Positions 7,645 through 15,729 of a stretch of DNA of 27,086 bases are shown here, piece by piece. Under the pieces are notes generated by a model. That model did no database searches. It worked only from the letters and a program-made list of their open reading frames with translations, and was not told the origin of the DNA. Position numbers and translations under genes: made by a program. Origin of the DNA: a virus (lineage: Duplodnaviria > Caudoviricetes); IMG/VR virus record IMGVR_UViG_3300035664_000071, positions 1 through 27,086 of that record; one strand, 5' to 3'. Numbering within the stretch: the stretch's first letter is position 1; every line of letters starts with the position of its first letter.

Positions 7645-10349
7645 GTGTATCGCGAATCCCCGCCGTTAATGTTTACAATGGTGTTCTTATTGCGCATGTC
7701 CTTTCGCAATCCCTTGAGCTCTTTCTCCATCGACTTGCTATTCAGCGAAGCATTAACAGTTATGCCGTCGCGCTTGTTATTCATCGCATAGCTTAGTATG
7801 GCAGGGCGCACGTAACGCTCATCGATTAATCGCTTGAATGCTGCGCTCGATGTGTTAATCGCATCCAGTTCACGGCGGTTGCGCATCACTGAGTTCTTAT
7901 TTACCACGTACTCCCCACGCTCTGCTTCAATCAATGTGCCACCCGCTTCATGGCTGCGTCCGCCTACCATACCACCCTTCTTGAACTTAGGCAATGGCTG
8001 TGCTGCGATTGCGGCGATGTTAGCAGCTCCAACAATACCGGCAAGGATTTGGAATGGAAGCGCTGCGGGATAACCGAGCTGCGCCCCTGTCTTAACAATT
8101 GATGCAGCCGTGTCAATGGTTGCTCGGAAGATATTCAATGCCTTCTCTTGACGCGCTTGCTTTTGCTTTTCGGCTGCTATCTTCGATTGTGTGCGCTTCT
8201 CCAATGCCTCGCGTTTGTTGGCTTTAACTACTTCGCTTTCGAGTGAGCTGTTAATCGCTTCGAGTTCCTTTTCGCTGGTGCTTTGTATCTCAGCAATTCG
8301 GTTCTCGGTTAGCTGGCTTTGAAACTTCAAGATACTATCAAGCGCATCAGCCGAAGCACTTGCAATCTCAAACGCTTGGTCGATTGCTTCATCAGTTGAC
8401 TTCTTGCGTTCATCGCGAATGGCTTCTTCGGTTTGCGCATTTATCAGCTTGATGGTTGCTGCATTGCCTTCAGCCTCAGCAATGCGCTTCTCACCATCTT
8501 TCTCAATCAGCTTGATGCGTCGATCGAGCGATGTGCCCTCATTAATCTCTGCCGCTTTCAATAAGCTGATTTCATCGTTCAAACCTTGAACCCTGATGCG
8601 CAATGTTTCTGCGGCTAACTTCTCAGCGGCTTCCTTATCCCTTGCAGCTTTATCTTCTGCGGCCTTTTTGTCAATCTCAGCAATCTGCTTGGTTGCATCT
8701 TCCTTGATTAAGTTAATTGATGTTTGCAATTGCCGCTCTTGCTCGCTGCCCTTTGCAAACTTTGCTTCAGCGAATGTAGCTTCAAGTTCTGCAATCTTGG
8801 TGTTGCTATCGCTTAAAATCTTTTCACGTTCATCCAACTGGCTGGCAAGTGCTTCAAGCTCCAACTGTCTTAGCTTCTCTCTCGCTGCATTCCTTGCTTC
8901 AATCTCTGCCTTGGCTGCATCATCTGCCGCCTTCTTTCTGTCATCTGCAAGCTTCTGTGCTTCATCTCTGTCCTTAGCTGATTCTTCGCTTCTTAACGCC
9001 TGATTAAACTGAGCTTCACTTAACAAGCCTGCTTGCCTAATTTGTCTAATATTCTCTTGGCTCTTCTTAATCTCAGCCTCTTGGTTGTCAATCTGGTCTT
9101 GTATATTCTTTCTTTGCTTTCTAATTACATCGCCATCAACTGCGTCTTTGAATACAGCAAGCCTTTGTTCTAATTTTTGCTTTTCTAAAATTAGCTTTGT
9201 TTGAGCTGCAAGTTCTACATTTATGTTTTCATCTACTTGCTTTCTTATACCTTTTATACTTTCAAGTCTGTCAGCCTCTGCTTGGCTTAATTGACCCGTT
9301 GCAATTAATGTTCTGGTAGCTGAATCAAGTTGTGCATTCCTTAATTCTTCAATTGCTTTCTTTGAATTTTCAGCAGCGGCCTTAGATAACTCCAAGCTGC
9401 GATTAAGTGATGCCTGATTTGCTGCTGCATCTTGTAACTTGGTTACAAGCAAAGCAACGCCAGTGATGAACAAACCAATGCCAGTCGCAGCCAATGCCAC
9501 TCTGAATGCACTTATCGCTCCGGTGCTAATCGCAGTGGCAACAGCAACAGCCTTTTGCCCGGCAGCATACAGCGCAAGCTTGAGCGGACCTTGCCCAGTG
9601 ATTTGATTAGCCAAGTCATTCACGCCGTTAGCGATGGCAGTCACTGCCGTTGTCTTAGCAATCACTTCCTGAAGCTCCTTGCCCTCAGAACCGAACAAAG
9701 CCGCCGCACCTTGCGCCACCTCGAAGCCTGATGCTAGCGCTTGCGTTGCGCCTACCGCCGCATCGAACTTGAACGTGTCAGATGCAAGCACACGCACTCG
9801 CTCGCGCGTATCTCCGATTTGGTCCTCGAGCTTTGCCGCTGTGAATAACAACTTATTGAACTCATCAGTGTTATCCTTGCCCTGCTCTTCGAGTAACGCG
9901 AGCTCTTGCTTGAGTCCACGCAATTGCCCGGTCAATGTCTTTTGCTTTTCCTCGGTCTGGCCGAAGGTGCGATTCAATTCGGCTTGCTCCTGATTGACTT
10001 GGCTTATCTGACTCTTAAGCGCAGCCTGTGCTTTGATGTTATCCTGATAAGACTTGGTAAGTTTATTGCCTGAGCCGACAAGTAGTATCTGCTCTTTCTG
10101 CAACTCCTTGAGGTTCGCCGTTAGCTTATCCGATTCTTTGTTGAGCTGATCGAGTGCGGCCTTTACTTGAGTGCCACCAAAGGCAGCGGAAGCGGAGGCT
10201 CCAATCTTCTTGTATTCATCGCTGACCTCCTTCGTTGTTTCCTTGGTATCGGTAACAATCGCATCATTGGCCTTGATTACTTCATTGACCGTTGCCTTGA
10301 GGCTGGATGCTTCGGCTTCGTAGATAATCTCAACCTTTGCTGATGCCAT
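7635..10349 (-). CDS. Tape measure-like protein
   Basis: 904 aa of Ala/Lys/Glu coiled coil with hydrophobic Ala/Gly segments and a C-terminal PKFKKGGMVGG.SHEAGG..IEAERGEYVVNK. Preceded by a frameshifted chaperone pair. Confidence 0.85.
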   Translation of the reverse strand: MASAKVEIIYEAEASSLKATVNEVIKANDAIVTDTKETTKEVSDEYKKIGASASAAFGGTQVKAALDQLNKESDKLTANLKELQKEQILLVGSGNKLTKSYQDNIKAQAALKSQISQVNQEQAELNRTFGQTEEKQKTLTGQLRGLKQELALLEEQGKDNTDEFNKLLFTAAKLEDQIGDTRERVRVLASDTFKFDAAVGATQALASGFEVAQGAAALFGSEGKELQEVIAKTTAVTAIANGVNDLANQITGQGPLKLALYAAGQKAVAVATAISTGAISAFRVALAATGIGLFITGVALLVTKLQDAAANQASLNRSLELSKAAAENSKKAIEELRNAQLDSATRTLIATGQLSQAEADRLESIKGIRKQVDENINVELAAQTKLILEKQKLEQRLAVFKDAVDGDVIRKQRKNIQDQIDNQEAEIKKSQENIRQIRQAGLLSEAQFNQALRSEESAKDRDEAQKLADDRKKAADDAAKAEIEARNAAREKLRQLELEALASQLDEREKILSDSNTKIAELEATFAEAKFAKGSEQERQLQTSINLIKEDATKQIAEIDKKAAEDKAARDKEAAEKLAAETLRIRVQGLNDEISLLKAAEINEGTSLDRRIKLIEKDGEKRIAEAEGNAATIKLINAQTEEAIRDERKKSTDEAIDQAFEIASASADALDSILKFQSQLTENRIAEIQSTSEKELEAINSSLESEVVKANKREALEKRTQSKIAAEKQKQARQEKALNIFRATIDTAASIVKTGAQLGYPAALPFQILAGIVGAANIAAIAAQPLPKFKKGGMVGGRSHEAGGTLIEAERGEYVVNKNSVMRNRRELDAINTSSAAFKRLIDERYVRPAILSYAMNNKRDGITVNASLNSKSMEKELKGLRKDMRNKNTIVNINGGDSRYTWQ

Positions 10350-10485
10350 TTTTTTGCTGTTTTATGAACAGCTCAAATTTAAGCAAATAAGTTGAAACAT
10401 CGGAAGCCATAAGAGTATTGAACTCAACGATGTTGCCAGCGCACAAATCCATCACTTGAGCCCTTAGGTCATCGACTACTTTTTT
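10330..10485 (-). CDS. -1 frameshift extension of the tail assembly chaperone (gpT-like)
   Basis: The -1 frame after A-AAA-AAG reads KKVVDDLRAQVMDLCAGNIVEFNTLMASDVSTYLLKFELFIKQQKNGISKG* and ends overlapping the tape measure start. Confidence 0.75.
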   Translation of the reverse strand, partial: KKVVDDLRAQVMDLCAGNIVEFNTLMASDVSTYLLKFELFIKQQKNGISKG

Positions 10486-11099
10486 CGCCCGGTATCGAGG
10501 TGAGTATTGAGATGCTTGAGCGCTTGTGTCAGCTTTCGCTGTTCCTCCACGTTGTACTCCCACAATATCTGAAAGTCTTGTGGAGACATAGTTAACAATG
10601 GCATCAGCGGAGCGATATCCAAGCGAGTAAAAAAATCGTGCGAAGCCTCCTTGCACATCGCTTCGAATAATTCAAGTTTCTTATTGTGGATAGTCGGGTC
10701 AATAACGCCTGGGTCTTCATCGTCAAGCACCACCCATGTCGCAGCAAGGTTAAGCAATAGGTCTCGATGGATGACTGTATCTTGCCGCTCGCGTATAACG
10801 TGGATATAGCCAGCCACTACGGCTGCGTTCTTTGGATTGCTCAAGCCAGCACTCAATGCTTTCTCCATGCCGCTAAGTATGCGCTCCATCTCGCTGCCCG
10901 ATAGCCCAGAGCTGATGCGCTCCATAAGGCTCATGCTCATGGAGAACCTTTCGAGTGGTAGGTTGAGTTCCTTCGGGAATCTATAGTAGGTATGCCCTTC
11001 GTGTTTGAATAACTCAACCATCGGGCGCAATGGCTTCTGCTTCTTACTGCGAGTAAATGTTGATCGCAGTCGCTCGCCTAATCTTTTGAATAATCTCAT
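10476..11099 (-). CDS. Tail assembly chaperone (gpG-like)
   Basis: Upstream of the tape measure. Ends GGG CGA AAA AAG TAG, which contains a slippery heptamer. Confidence 0.7.
   Translation of the reverse strand: MRLFKRLGERLRSTFTRSKKQKPLRPMVELFKHEGHTYYRFPKELNLPLERFSMSMSLMERISSGLSGSEMERILSGMEKALSAGLSNPKNAAVVAGYIHVIRERQDTVIHRDLLLNLAATWVVLDDEDPGVIDPTIHNKKLELFEAMCKEASHDFFTRLDIAPLMPLLTMSPQDFQILWEYNVEEQRKLTQALKHLNTHLDTGRKK
10479..10485 (-). promoter_or_regulatory. Programmed -1 ribosomal frameshift site A AAA AAG
   Basis: Canonical X XXY YYZ heptamer in the correct phase, immediately before the TAG. Confidence 0.8.
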
Positions 11100-11298
11100 C
11101 CAGTGTGTTCTTTGTGGTAATCTCTTTGTCGTTGCTGATTAAGCTGATGTATGTCCGCTCTGCGCTTTCATCCTCATACACCACGCTGATGTCATTTGTG
11201 TTAATAATCAGGTCAAGCCAGCGCTCATCCTTGTCGAGCAGCTCGTCCACTTCATCCTTGTGCTGTAATGCGCTAACTAAGATGAAGCCGGTCATCAT
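11044..11298 (-). CDS. Hypothetical protein
   Basis: Fills the gap in the operon. Probable start is MMTGFILV at 11298, just after the upstream stop at 11300. Confidence 0.6.
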   Translation of the reverse strand: MMTGFILVSALQHKDEVDELLDKDERWLDLIINTNDISVVYEDESAERTYISLISNDKEITTKNTLDEIIQKIRRATAINIYSQ

Positions 11299-11299
11299 G

Positions 11300-11518
11300 T
11301 CACCAACGTAACAGCGGGCAGGTTTCATTAGGCACTCGAGTCTTGGCGGGTAGGAAGCATCCGCATTCGCGGCAAGTATCAGTCAGCTTGATACGATAGG
11401 GGCATGTCTTGCAAATCTCCATGCGCGGCTTCGATACCTCGCGGCTCTCCTTGGTGTCAAACGCCCACAGCGCCCAGCCGTGTGCGATGCTCTTAAGTTT
11501 CTTTAGCATTCTAAGCAT
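11300..11518 (-). CDS. Small Cys-rich protein (DUF6171-like)
   Basis: RMEICKTCP...CRECGCFLPAKTR...TCPLLRW pattern. Confidence 0.7.
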   Translation of the reverse strand: MLRMLKKLKSIAHGWALWAFDTKESREVSKPRMEICKTCPYRIKLTDTCRECGCFLPAKTRVPNETCPLLRW

Positions 11519-11850
11519 TCGAGTAAGTTTACAAAAGCGGGTTCCTCAGTTACGATGTCCTTATTCACTACGCTGAAGCTGATGCAGTCATACTCAACCT
11601 CGCAGATGGTAAACTTTGCGCAGCCATCCAGTCGAATCGTGTAGCCTTGCAGCGCATCAATCTTCGCGCCCTCGATCATCAGTGTGCCATCCAGTTCGGA
11701 TGTTGCGATGAATGTCTGCATGCGCTTGGTCGCGTTGTGCGTTATGGTTATGGTGTAAGACTCTTCCGGTGTTACATAGCCGAACTGAATGCCGCCATTG
11801 CAAGCCGCAACGCTGATGCCTGAATCGAAACAAGGTGAACATACGCTCAT
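11503..11850 (-). CDS. Hypothetical Cys-rich, probably structural protein
   Basis: Start ATG 11850 forms an ATGA overlap with the terL stop. CSPC at the N-terminus and CLEC at the C-terminus. Confidence 0.6.
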   Translation of the reverse strand: MSVCSPCFDSGISVAACNGGIQFGYVTPEESYTITITHNATKRMQTFIATSELDGTLMIEGAKIDALQGYTIRLDGCAKFTICEVEYDCISFSVVNKDIVTEEPAFVNLLECLEC

Positions 11851-13124
11851 AAGTATCGCTTTAGAATTGCGTTTACAAAGTAACGGAAACAATCGAGAAA
11901 GTCAGCACGCTCGGCAATGTTTTTTCGATTGGTCTTTATGATGGACCCATTCGCATCGCATTGCACTTGCTTCGCATCGAACACGAATCCCTTGCAGCGC
12001 TTGGAGTTCACGCGGATATCCAACTTGCGTAGTGCTGCGTTGCAATCGATTCGGCTGTTGTAGTGCGTTGGGTTAGCCGGTATCAGGAACTGGCTGTCGC
12101 TCATGCCGAGCCGCCGCTTAATCATGGTGTAGGCGCTGGAGTTATCACGCTGTTGAACCGTGCCACCCTTACCCATCGCATCGCCTGTAATGCGTATCAG
12201 GCCCATCGGGATGCCGAGCGCAAGCACGGCATCGCAGAACGCATCCACGCTGCCCTTCTCAATCTTTATCTCATCCACCACCACCGCGCCTCTGCCAACG
12301 TGCTGCATCACAAGCGCGCACAGCGGGTTGATATTAAAGTCCACGCTGATGTGCACTGGCATGTTGCGGTTCAGCTGCACGCTGTCATCGATGTGCTTAG
12401 CATCGTCCCACTCGTAGAGGAACGGATTCGCCACATCGTCCATGACATCCCAATCGCCCTCCACGAAGCGGGCGTACTGCACGGGCGGTAACTCCTTCAG
12501 GCTCTCGAGGTACTCGGCTGGGATGTGCGGGTTATCGGTAATCTTGCTCGGGATGAATGTCCAGCGCTCGGGCAGTGTGCCCTCCTTGTATCGTTCGTAA
12601 ATGATTGACTTCACCCAGTTGTTGGCCGGGTTGCACGTTGCCAGGCACACGATCGGAGGCTGGCCTATTGCCTTGTTCCAACTGCCGATGCGCTCTTGCA
12701 CCTTGTAGAATGTTTGCTCTTGCAGCTCATTCACCTCATCCAAGCCCGCGCCATTCACCTCGAGGCCCTTGAAGCGGTTGAGGTCTTTGTCATCGTCAAA
12801 GCTCTCGGCCATGAACAGCAGCTCACTGCCATTGATGAATGTCACCACTTGCGTGTCGCGGTTCCAGCTCTCAACGTACTGGTTAACGCCATCGTCAAGT
12901 ATCGAGTTGAAGGATGGAAAGGTTGTGCGCTTCAGGTCGGGCAGGCTGCGGCGAATAATCACCCACCGGCTGCGTGGATATTGCAGGGCAAGGTAGCTGA
13001 GGGTTAGCAACAGCCAATACGTTTTGCCGCCTCTTATGGCCCCACCGAATACGATGACACGGTATGTGCCTGACTCAATTGCCTCGAATGCTGTGGTCTG
13101 CCTGCCAGTGAGTTCGAAGTTCAT
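11847..13124 (-). CDS. terL: Terminase large subunit
   Basis: Walker A GGAIRGGKT, Walker B GLDEVNE, TCNP motif, DNPH, and RNase H-like nuclease acidic residues (SVDFN, DFLDCFRY). Confidence 0.95.
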   Translation of the reverse strand: MNFELTGRQTTAFEAIESGTYRVIVFGGAIRGGKTYWLLLTLSYLALQYPRSRWVIIRRSLPDLKRTTFPSFNSILDDGVNQYVESWNRDTQVVTFINGSELLFMAESFDDDKDLNRFKGLEVNGAGLDEVNELQEQTFYKVQERIGSWNKAIGQPPIVCLATCNPANNWVKSIIYERYKEGTLPERWTFIPSKITDNPHIPAEYLESLKELPPVQYARFVEGDWDVMDDVANPFLYEWDDAKHIDDSVQLNRNMPVHISVDFNINPLCALVMQHVGRGAVVVDEIKIEKGSVDAFCDAVLALGIPMGLIRITGDAMGKGGTVQQRDNSSAYTMIKRRLGMSDSQFLIPANPTHYNSRIDCNAALRKLDIRVNSKRCKGFVFDAKQVQCDANGSIIKTNRKNIAERADFLDCFRYFVNAILKRYL

Positions 13125-13249
13125 TAATCCTCCTCATCATTCGGGTCGGGCATGCAGTCGATAATGTGGCGAAGCACCAGCACCAAGCAGTACGCAAGCC
13201 CAACCATAAACAGGGTGAACAGCACTCCGATGCCAATTGATTTAAGCAT
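13124..13249 (-). CDS. 41-aa single-pass membrane peptide MLKSIGIGVLFTLFMVGLAYCLVLVLRHIIDCMPDPNDEED
   Basis: Hand-translated. Fills the terS-terL gap, overlaps the terS end and has a TAATG overlap with the terL start. Confidence 0.65.
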   Translation of the reverse strand: MLKSIGIGVLFTLFMVGLAYCLVLVLRHIIDCMPDPNDEED

Positions 13250-13553
13250 TGCCATCCTCTTTGGTCTTGATGATCACAAGCGGCTCGGTAGTCTTGAGCG
13301 TGGTCTCGTTGGTCTGCTTCGGTTTGCCGTAGCCTCGGTCGAGAAGCATCTCAGCTGCCTTTATATCGCCACGTAATGCCTTGGCCTCAATCGCCTTAAG
13401 GATGCGCTCCGCTGTGCTCAGTCCGTTCTTCTCATCCCCCAAGATGTCAGCCATTAGCTTGCTGAGCTCTGGCAGCTTACGCGGTCTCCCATTAGGGTTG
13501 CCTGTCTGCCCTTTCTTAAACTTATGCGGCTCTATGTTTTCCGGCTTTGGCAT
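13242..13553 (-). CDS. terS: Terminase small subunit (DUF5681-like)
   Basis: FKKGQTGNPNGRP and GDIKAAEMLLDRGYGKPKQ motifs; lies upstream of terL. Confidence 0.8.
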   Translation of the reverse strand: MPKPENIEPHKFKKGQTGNPNGRPRKLPELSKLMADILGDEKNGLSTAERILKAIEAKALRGDIKAAEMLLDRGYGKPKQTNETTLKTTEPLVIIKTKEDGNA

Positions 13554-13570
13554 CGCTGTTTTGTCGTTGT

Positions 13571-13711
13571 TTACCTTCTGCGTCTTGCGCGGTACTTCTC
13601 AGCCTCTGCCAGTGCGATTGCCTGCGCTTGCTGCGGTGAATATCCCTCGCCAATTAGCTTGCGGATATTCATCGAAATGACCTCTTGGCTGTCGCCTTGG
13701 AATAGTGGCAT
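13571..13711 (-). CDS. 46-aa basic phage protein MPLFQGDSQEVISMNIRKLIGEGYSPQQAQAIALAEAEKYRARRRR
   Basis: Hand-translated and directly after a promoter motif. Resembles the common phage MPL..G.S..VIS.NI..L..EG....QA.AIA small-protein pattern. Confidence 0.75.
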   Translation of the reverse strand: MPLFQGDSQEVISMNIRKLIGEGYSPQQAQAIALAEAEKYRARRRR

Positions 13712-13714
13712 AAT

Positions 13715-14098
13715 TTACAAATTTACTAAATTTTCGTACATCTTACCTTCCTGAGTGATGTTGATGCTGAAACCTCGGTCAACAATCTCTTGGTATTGCG
13801 ATTGGTAGATGAATAAGTCATGCAGGCCACCATCGATGAAAGCCTTTGCCGTGAAGCCCTCAATGCCGCTTTTGTCAGAGGTTGGCAATAGGATGCCGAG
13901 CTTGTACTCAACATCGCGCTCCTTGCTCAAAACAATCTTGTTAATCTTGCTGAACTTGCGCACATCTTCAATAGTGATTCCAACAGCAATGTCGTATTCA
14001 AGTGCCGGATGGGTTAAGTATCCAAAGTAGCAATGATCGCGCATGTACTCAGAGTCGACAAACATGCCGGCTCTGAGTCTCGTGGTTTGGTTAGTCAT
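13715..14098 (-). CDS. Hypothetical protein
   Basis: 127-aa ORF, overlap-coupled to the upstream gene. Confidence 0.7.
   Translation of the reverse strand: MTNQTTRLRAGMFVDSEYMRDHCYFGYLTHPALEYDIAVGITIEDVRKFSKINKIVLSKERDVEYKLGILLPTSDKSGIEGFTAKAFIDGGLHDLFIYQSQYQEIVDRGFSINITQEGKMYENLVNL
13718..13725 (-). promoter_or_regulatory. -7 promoter element TAAATTTG at the start of the packaging/tail operon
   Basis: TAnnTTTG located 6 nt before ATG 13711. Confidence 0.6.
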
Positions 14099-14303
14099 CT
14101 TTGCGTGAATGATATCGCATGCAATCTAAGTCTATCCAATCAAGTTCGGGCTCTTCATCATCGTCATGGATTGGCTCATTGTTGGCTGGAGCATATTGCA
14201 TGTCTCTAAGATAAATTAAGAAATTCGGATGTTCAGTGTTCACTGTCTCAATCCCGAAGTGCTTTAAGCACATCTGTTCTTTGTACTCTAAGTAGTCTGG
14301 CAT
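14091..14303 (-). CDS. Hypothetical acidic protein
   Basis: 70-aa ORF in the operon tiling. Confidence 0.6.
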   Translation of the reverse strand: MPDYLEYKEQMCLKHFGIETVNTEHPNFLIYLRDMQYAPANNEPIHDDDEEPELDWIDLDCMRYHSRKDD

Positions 14304-14316
14304 AGTGTGTATGTAT

Positions 14317-14505
14317 TTAGCAACCGTGTTCCGGTTCGTGTTTCTTTTGTTTAATCGTCAAGCTCGAAAGATAATTGCGGACCATCATGCGCACGGTCTC
14401 TTTAGCTGATAGTGGAACGCGGAAGGATATCGTTGACATGGCTTCGCCGTACATCGACTTTCGCCCGGCACCTGATCGCCTACCGCCTCGTTTTTCTGTG
14501 TTCAT
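14317..14505 (-). CDS. Small DNA-binding protein (RGG.R.GAGRK plus ribbon-helix-helix-like)
   Basis: RGGRRSGAGRK followed by TISFRVP and a helix. Confidence 0.65.
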   Translation of the reverse strand: MNTEKRGGRRSGAGRKSMYGEAMSTISFRVPLSAKETVRMMVRNYLSSLTIKQKKHEPEHGC

Positions 14506-14510
14506 GTGTG

Positions 14511-14518
14511 CAAAGTTA
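14511..14518 (-). promoter_or_regulatory. -7 promoter element TAACTTTG
   Basis: TAnnTTTG located 5 nt before ATG 14505. Confidence 0.6.
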
Positions 14519-14519
14519 T

Positions 14520-14756
14520 TTATTTGTTTGTGTTTTGCAAATTAATGTTATTCTTATGCAGAAGCATCAGCCAGTTCAATGCCTTAATCGTGTAGGTTCG
14601 ATGCACTGATGTGCCATGCGCAGCTGTTGTGAGATACCTCGCAAGCGATTGGTGCGCCTGTTGCGTTGAGGTATAGGTTATCGGACCATCCACAAGCGTT
14701 GCTTCATCTGGAAGCATCTCGGTCATGTAGTGAATTATCTTGTCGTACTTAGTCAT
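14520..14756 (-). CDS. Hypothetical protein
   Basis: 78-aa ORF overlapping the VRR-NUC stop. Confidence 0.6.
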   Translation of the reverse strand: MTKYDKIIHYMTEMLPDEATLVDGPITYTSTQQAHQSLARYLTTAAHGTSVHRTYTIKALNWLMLLHKNNINLQNTNK

Positions 14757-15075
14757 GGTTTATGATGTTTAAGAATTCTTCTTCATTGCGCACTATGTGG
14801 TACTCATGGCCGAGTGATAGGCAGATCTTCTCAAATCGCTTTTGCTCTTCCGACTGCTTGCCGGTGTCTGTCTTCCATTCAATCCAGCATGTCCGACCTT
14901 CCGGCTTCAGGTAGCACATATCGGCAACGCCAGGCACAACTCCCATCGCTTTGTTCATTGCTCCCTTGATACCGTTCATGCTGTTATTATTGATGGCGAA
15001 AACTCTTCCACGCAAGTCGGGGCGGGCGTTCCATAGGTTTGTGAATGCTTTGGATTGGGCTTTTACTTCGCTCAT
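14749..15075 (-). CDS. VRR-NUC domain nuclease (resolvase-like)
   Basis: MGVVPGVAD...WIEWKTDTGKQSEEQK PD-(D/E)XK signature. ATGA overlap at 15072-15075. Confidence 0.9.
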   Translation of the reverse strand: MSEVKAQSKAFTNLWNARPDLRGRVFAINNNSMNGIKGAMNKAMGVVPGVADMCYLKPEGRTCWIEWKTDTGKQSEEQKRFEKICLSLGHEYHIVRNEEEFLNIINHD

Positions 15076-15449
15076 ATCCACCAGTGTCGAATGTGATGTT
15101 GCAATTTATGGCATCGAGTGCATAGTGCTATGATGTTTTTTTCATCGAAGCTGCCACCATCAGCAAAGTCAATGATGTGTGCGCATTCCAATGTTTGGCC
15201 ATCGGGCAAACTGTGCTTATCAATTCCACAAAAGCAGCATCGAGTTATGTTGTTTCTTTCTAAAAAGCCTTTGCAATCTTTTTGAGATGCAGGTCTTTTA
15301 GTTTCATTTCCATAAATTGGAACCCAGCTGAACTTTTTGCAATTTGGACAAGTTCCACCTTCCTGAGTTGATAAATTTGGATTTACTCTCAGATTTTCAA
15401 GTGGTTGCGGATTGCTACAACCGGAGAATCTACAAATTTTTGGTATCAT
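15072..15449 (-). CDS. HNH endonuclease with an extra N-terminal Zn finger
   Basis: CCFC...AHIID...GG...NIIALCTRCHKLQH, plus N-terminal CxxxxC and CPNC. AT-rich relative to its neighbours. Confidence 0.85.
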   Translation of the reverse strand: MIPKICRFSGCSNPQPLENLRVNPNLSTQEGGTCPNCKKFSWVPIYGNETKRPASQKDCKGFLERNNITRCCFCGIDKHSLPDGQTLECAHIIDFADGGSFDEKNIIALCTRCHKLQHHIRHWWI

Positions 15450-15727
15450 GGACAGGACAGCTTACAACCTTGAGGTTGTCCAATGATTAACAAAAAATCT
15501 CTTGAATCCCAAAGCTGTCAAGTGTTTCAGCGGTTTGGACAACTTAGTGCCAAAAAAAGGCGTTTTACTATAACATGTGTGTGTGTGTGTGTGCATGTGT
15601 GTGTGTGTGTATATATATTGTTAAGGTATAAAAGTAAGTTGTAAGTTGTCCATATTGGCTGAAAGAGTTGTAAAATATGGGTGTTCAAGCGGACAACTTA
15701 CTTTTGAGCAAGTTGTCCAAGTTGTCC
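15450..15727. repeat. Putative replication origin: GGACAAC(TTA) iterons in both orientations around a (TG)n tract
   Basis: GGACAACTTA at 15537 and 15691. Inverse copies at 15475, 15642, 15710 and 15719. (TG)n/(TA)n at 15573-15618. Non-coding and directly downstream of the primase-helicase. Confidence 0.7.
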
Positions 15728-15729
15728 AG

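Noticed and set aside
10486-10656. 5' part of the 108-aa ORF 10330-10656 as an independent gene
   Set aside because: Better explained as the -1 frameshift extension; only the part after the slippery site is likely translated.
15450-15727. CRISPR array
   Set aside because: The repeats are 7-10 bp, in mixed orientation and irregularly spaced, and there are no cas genes.
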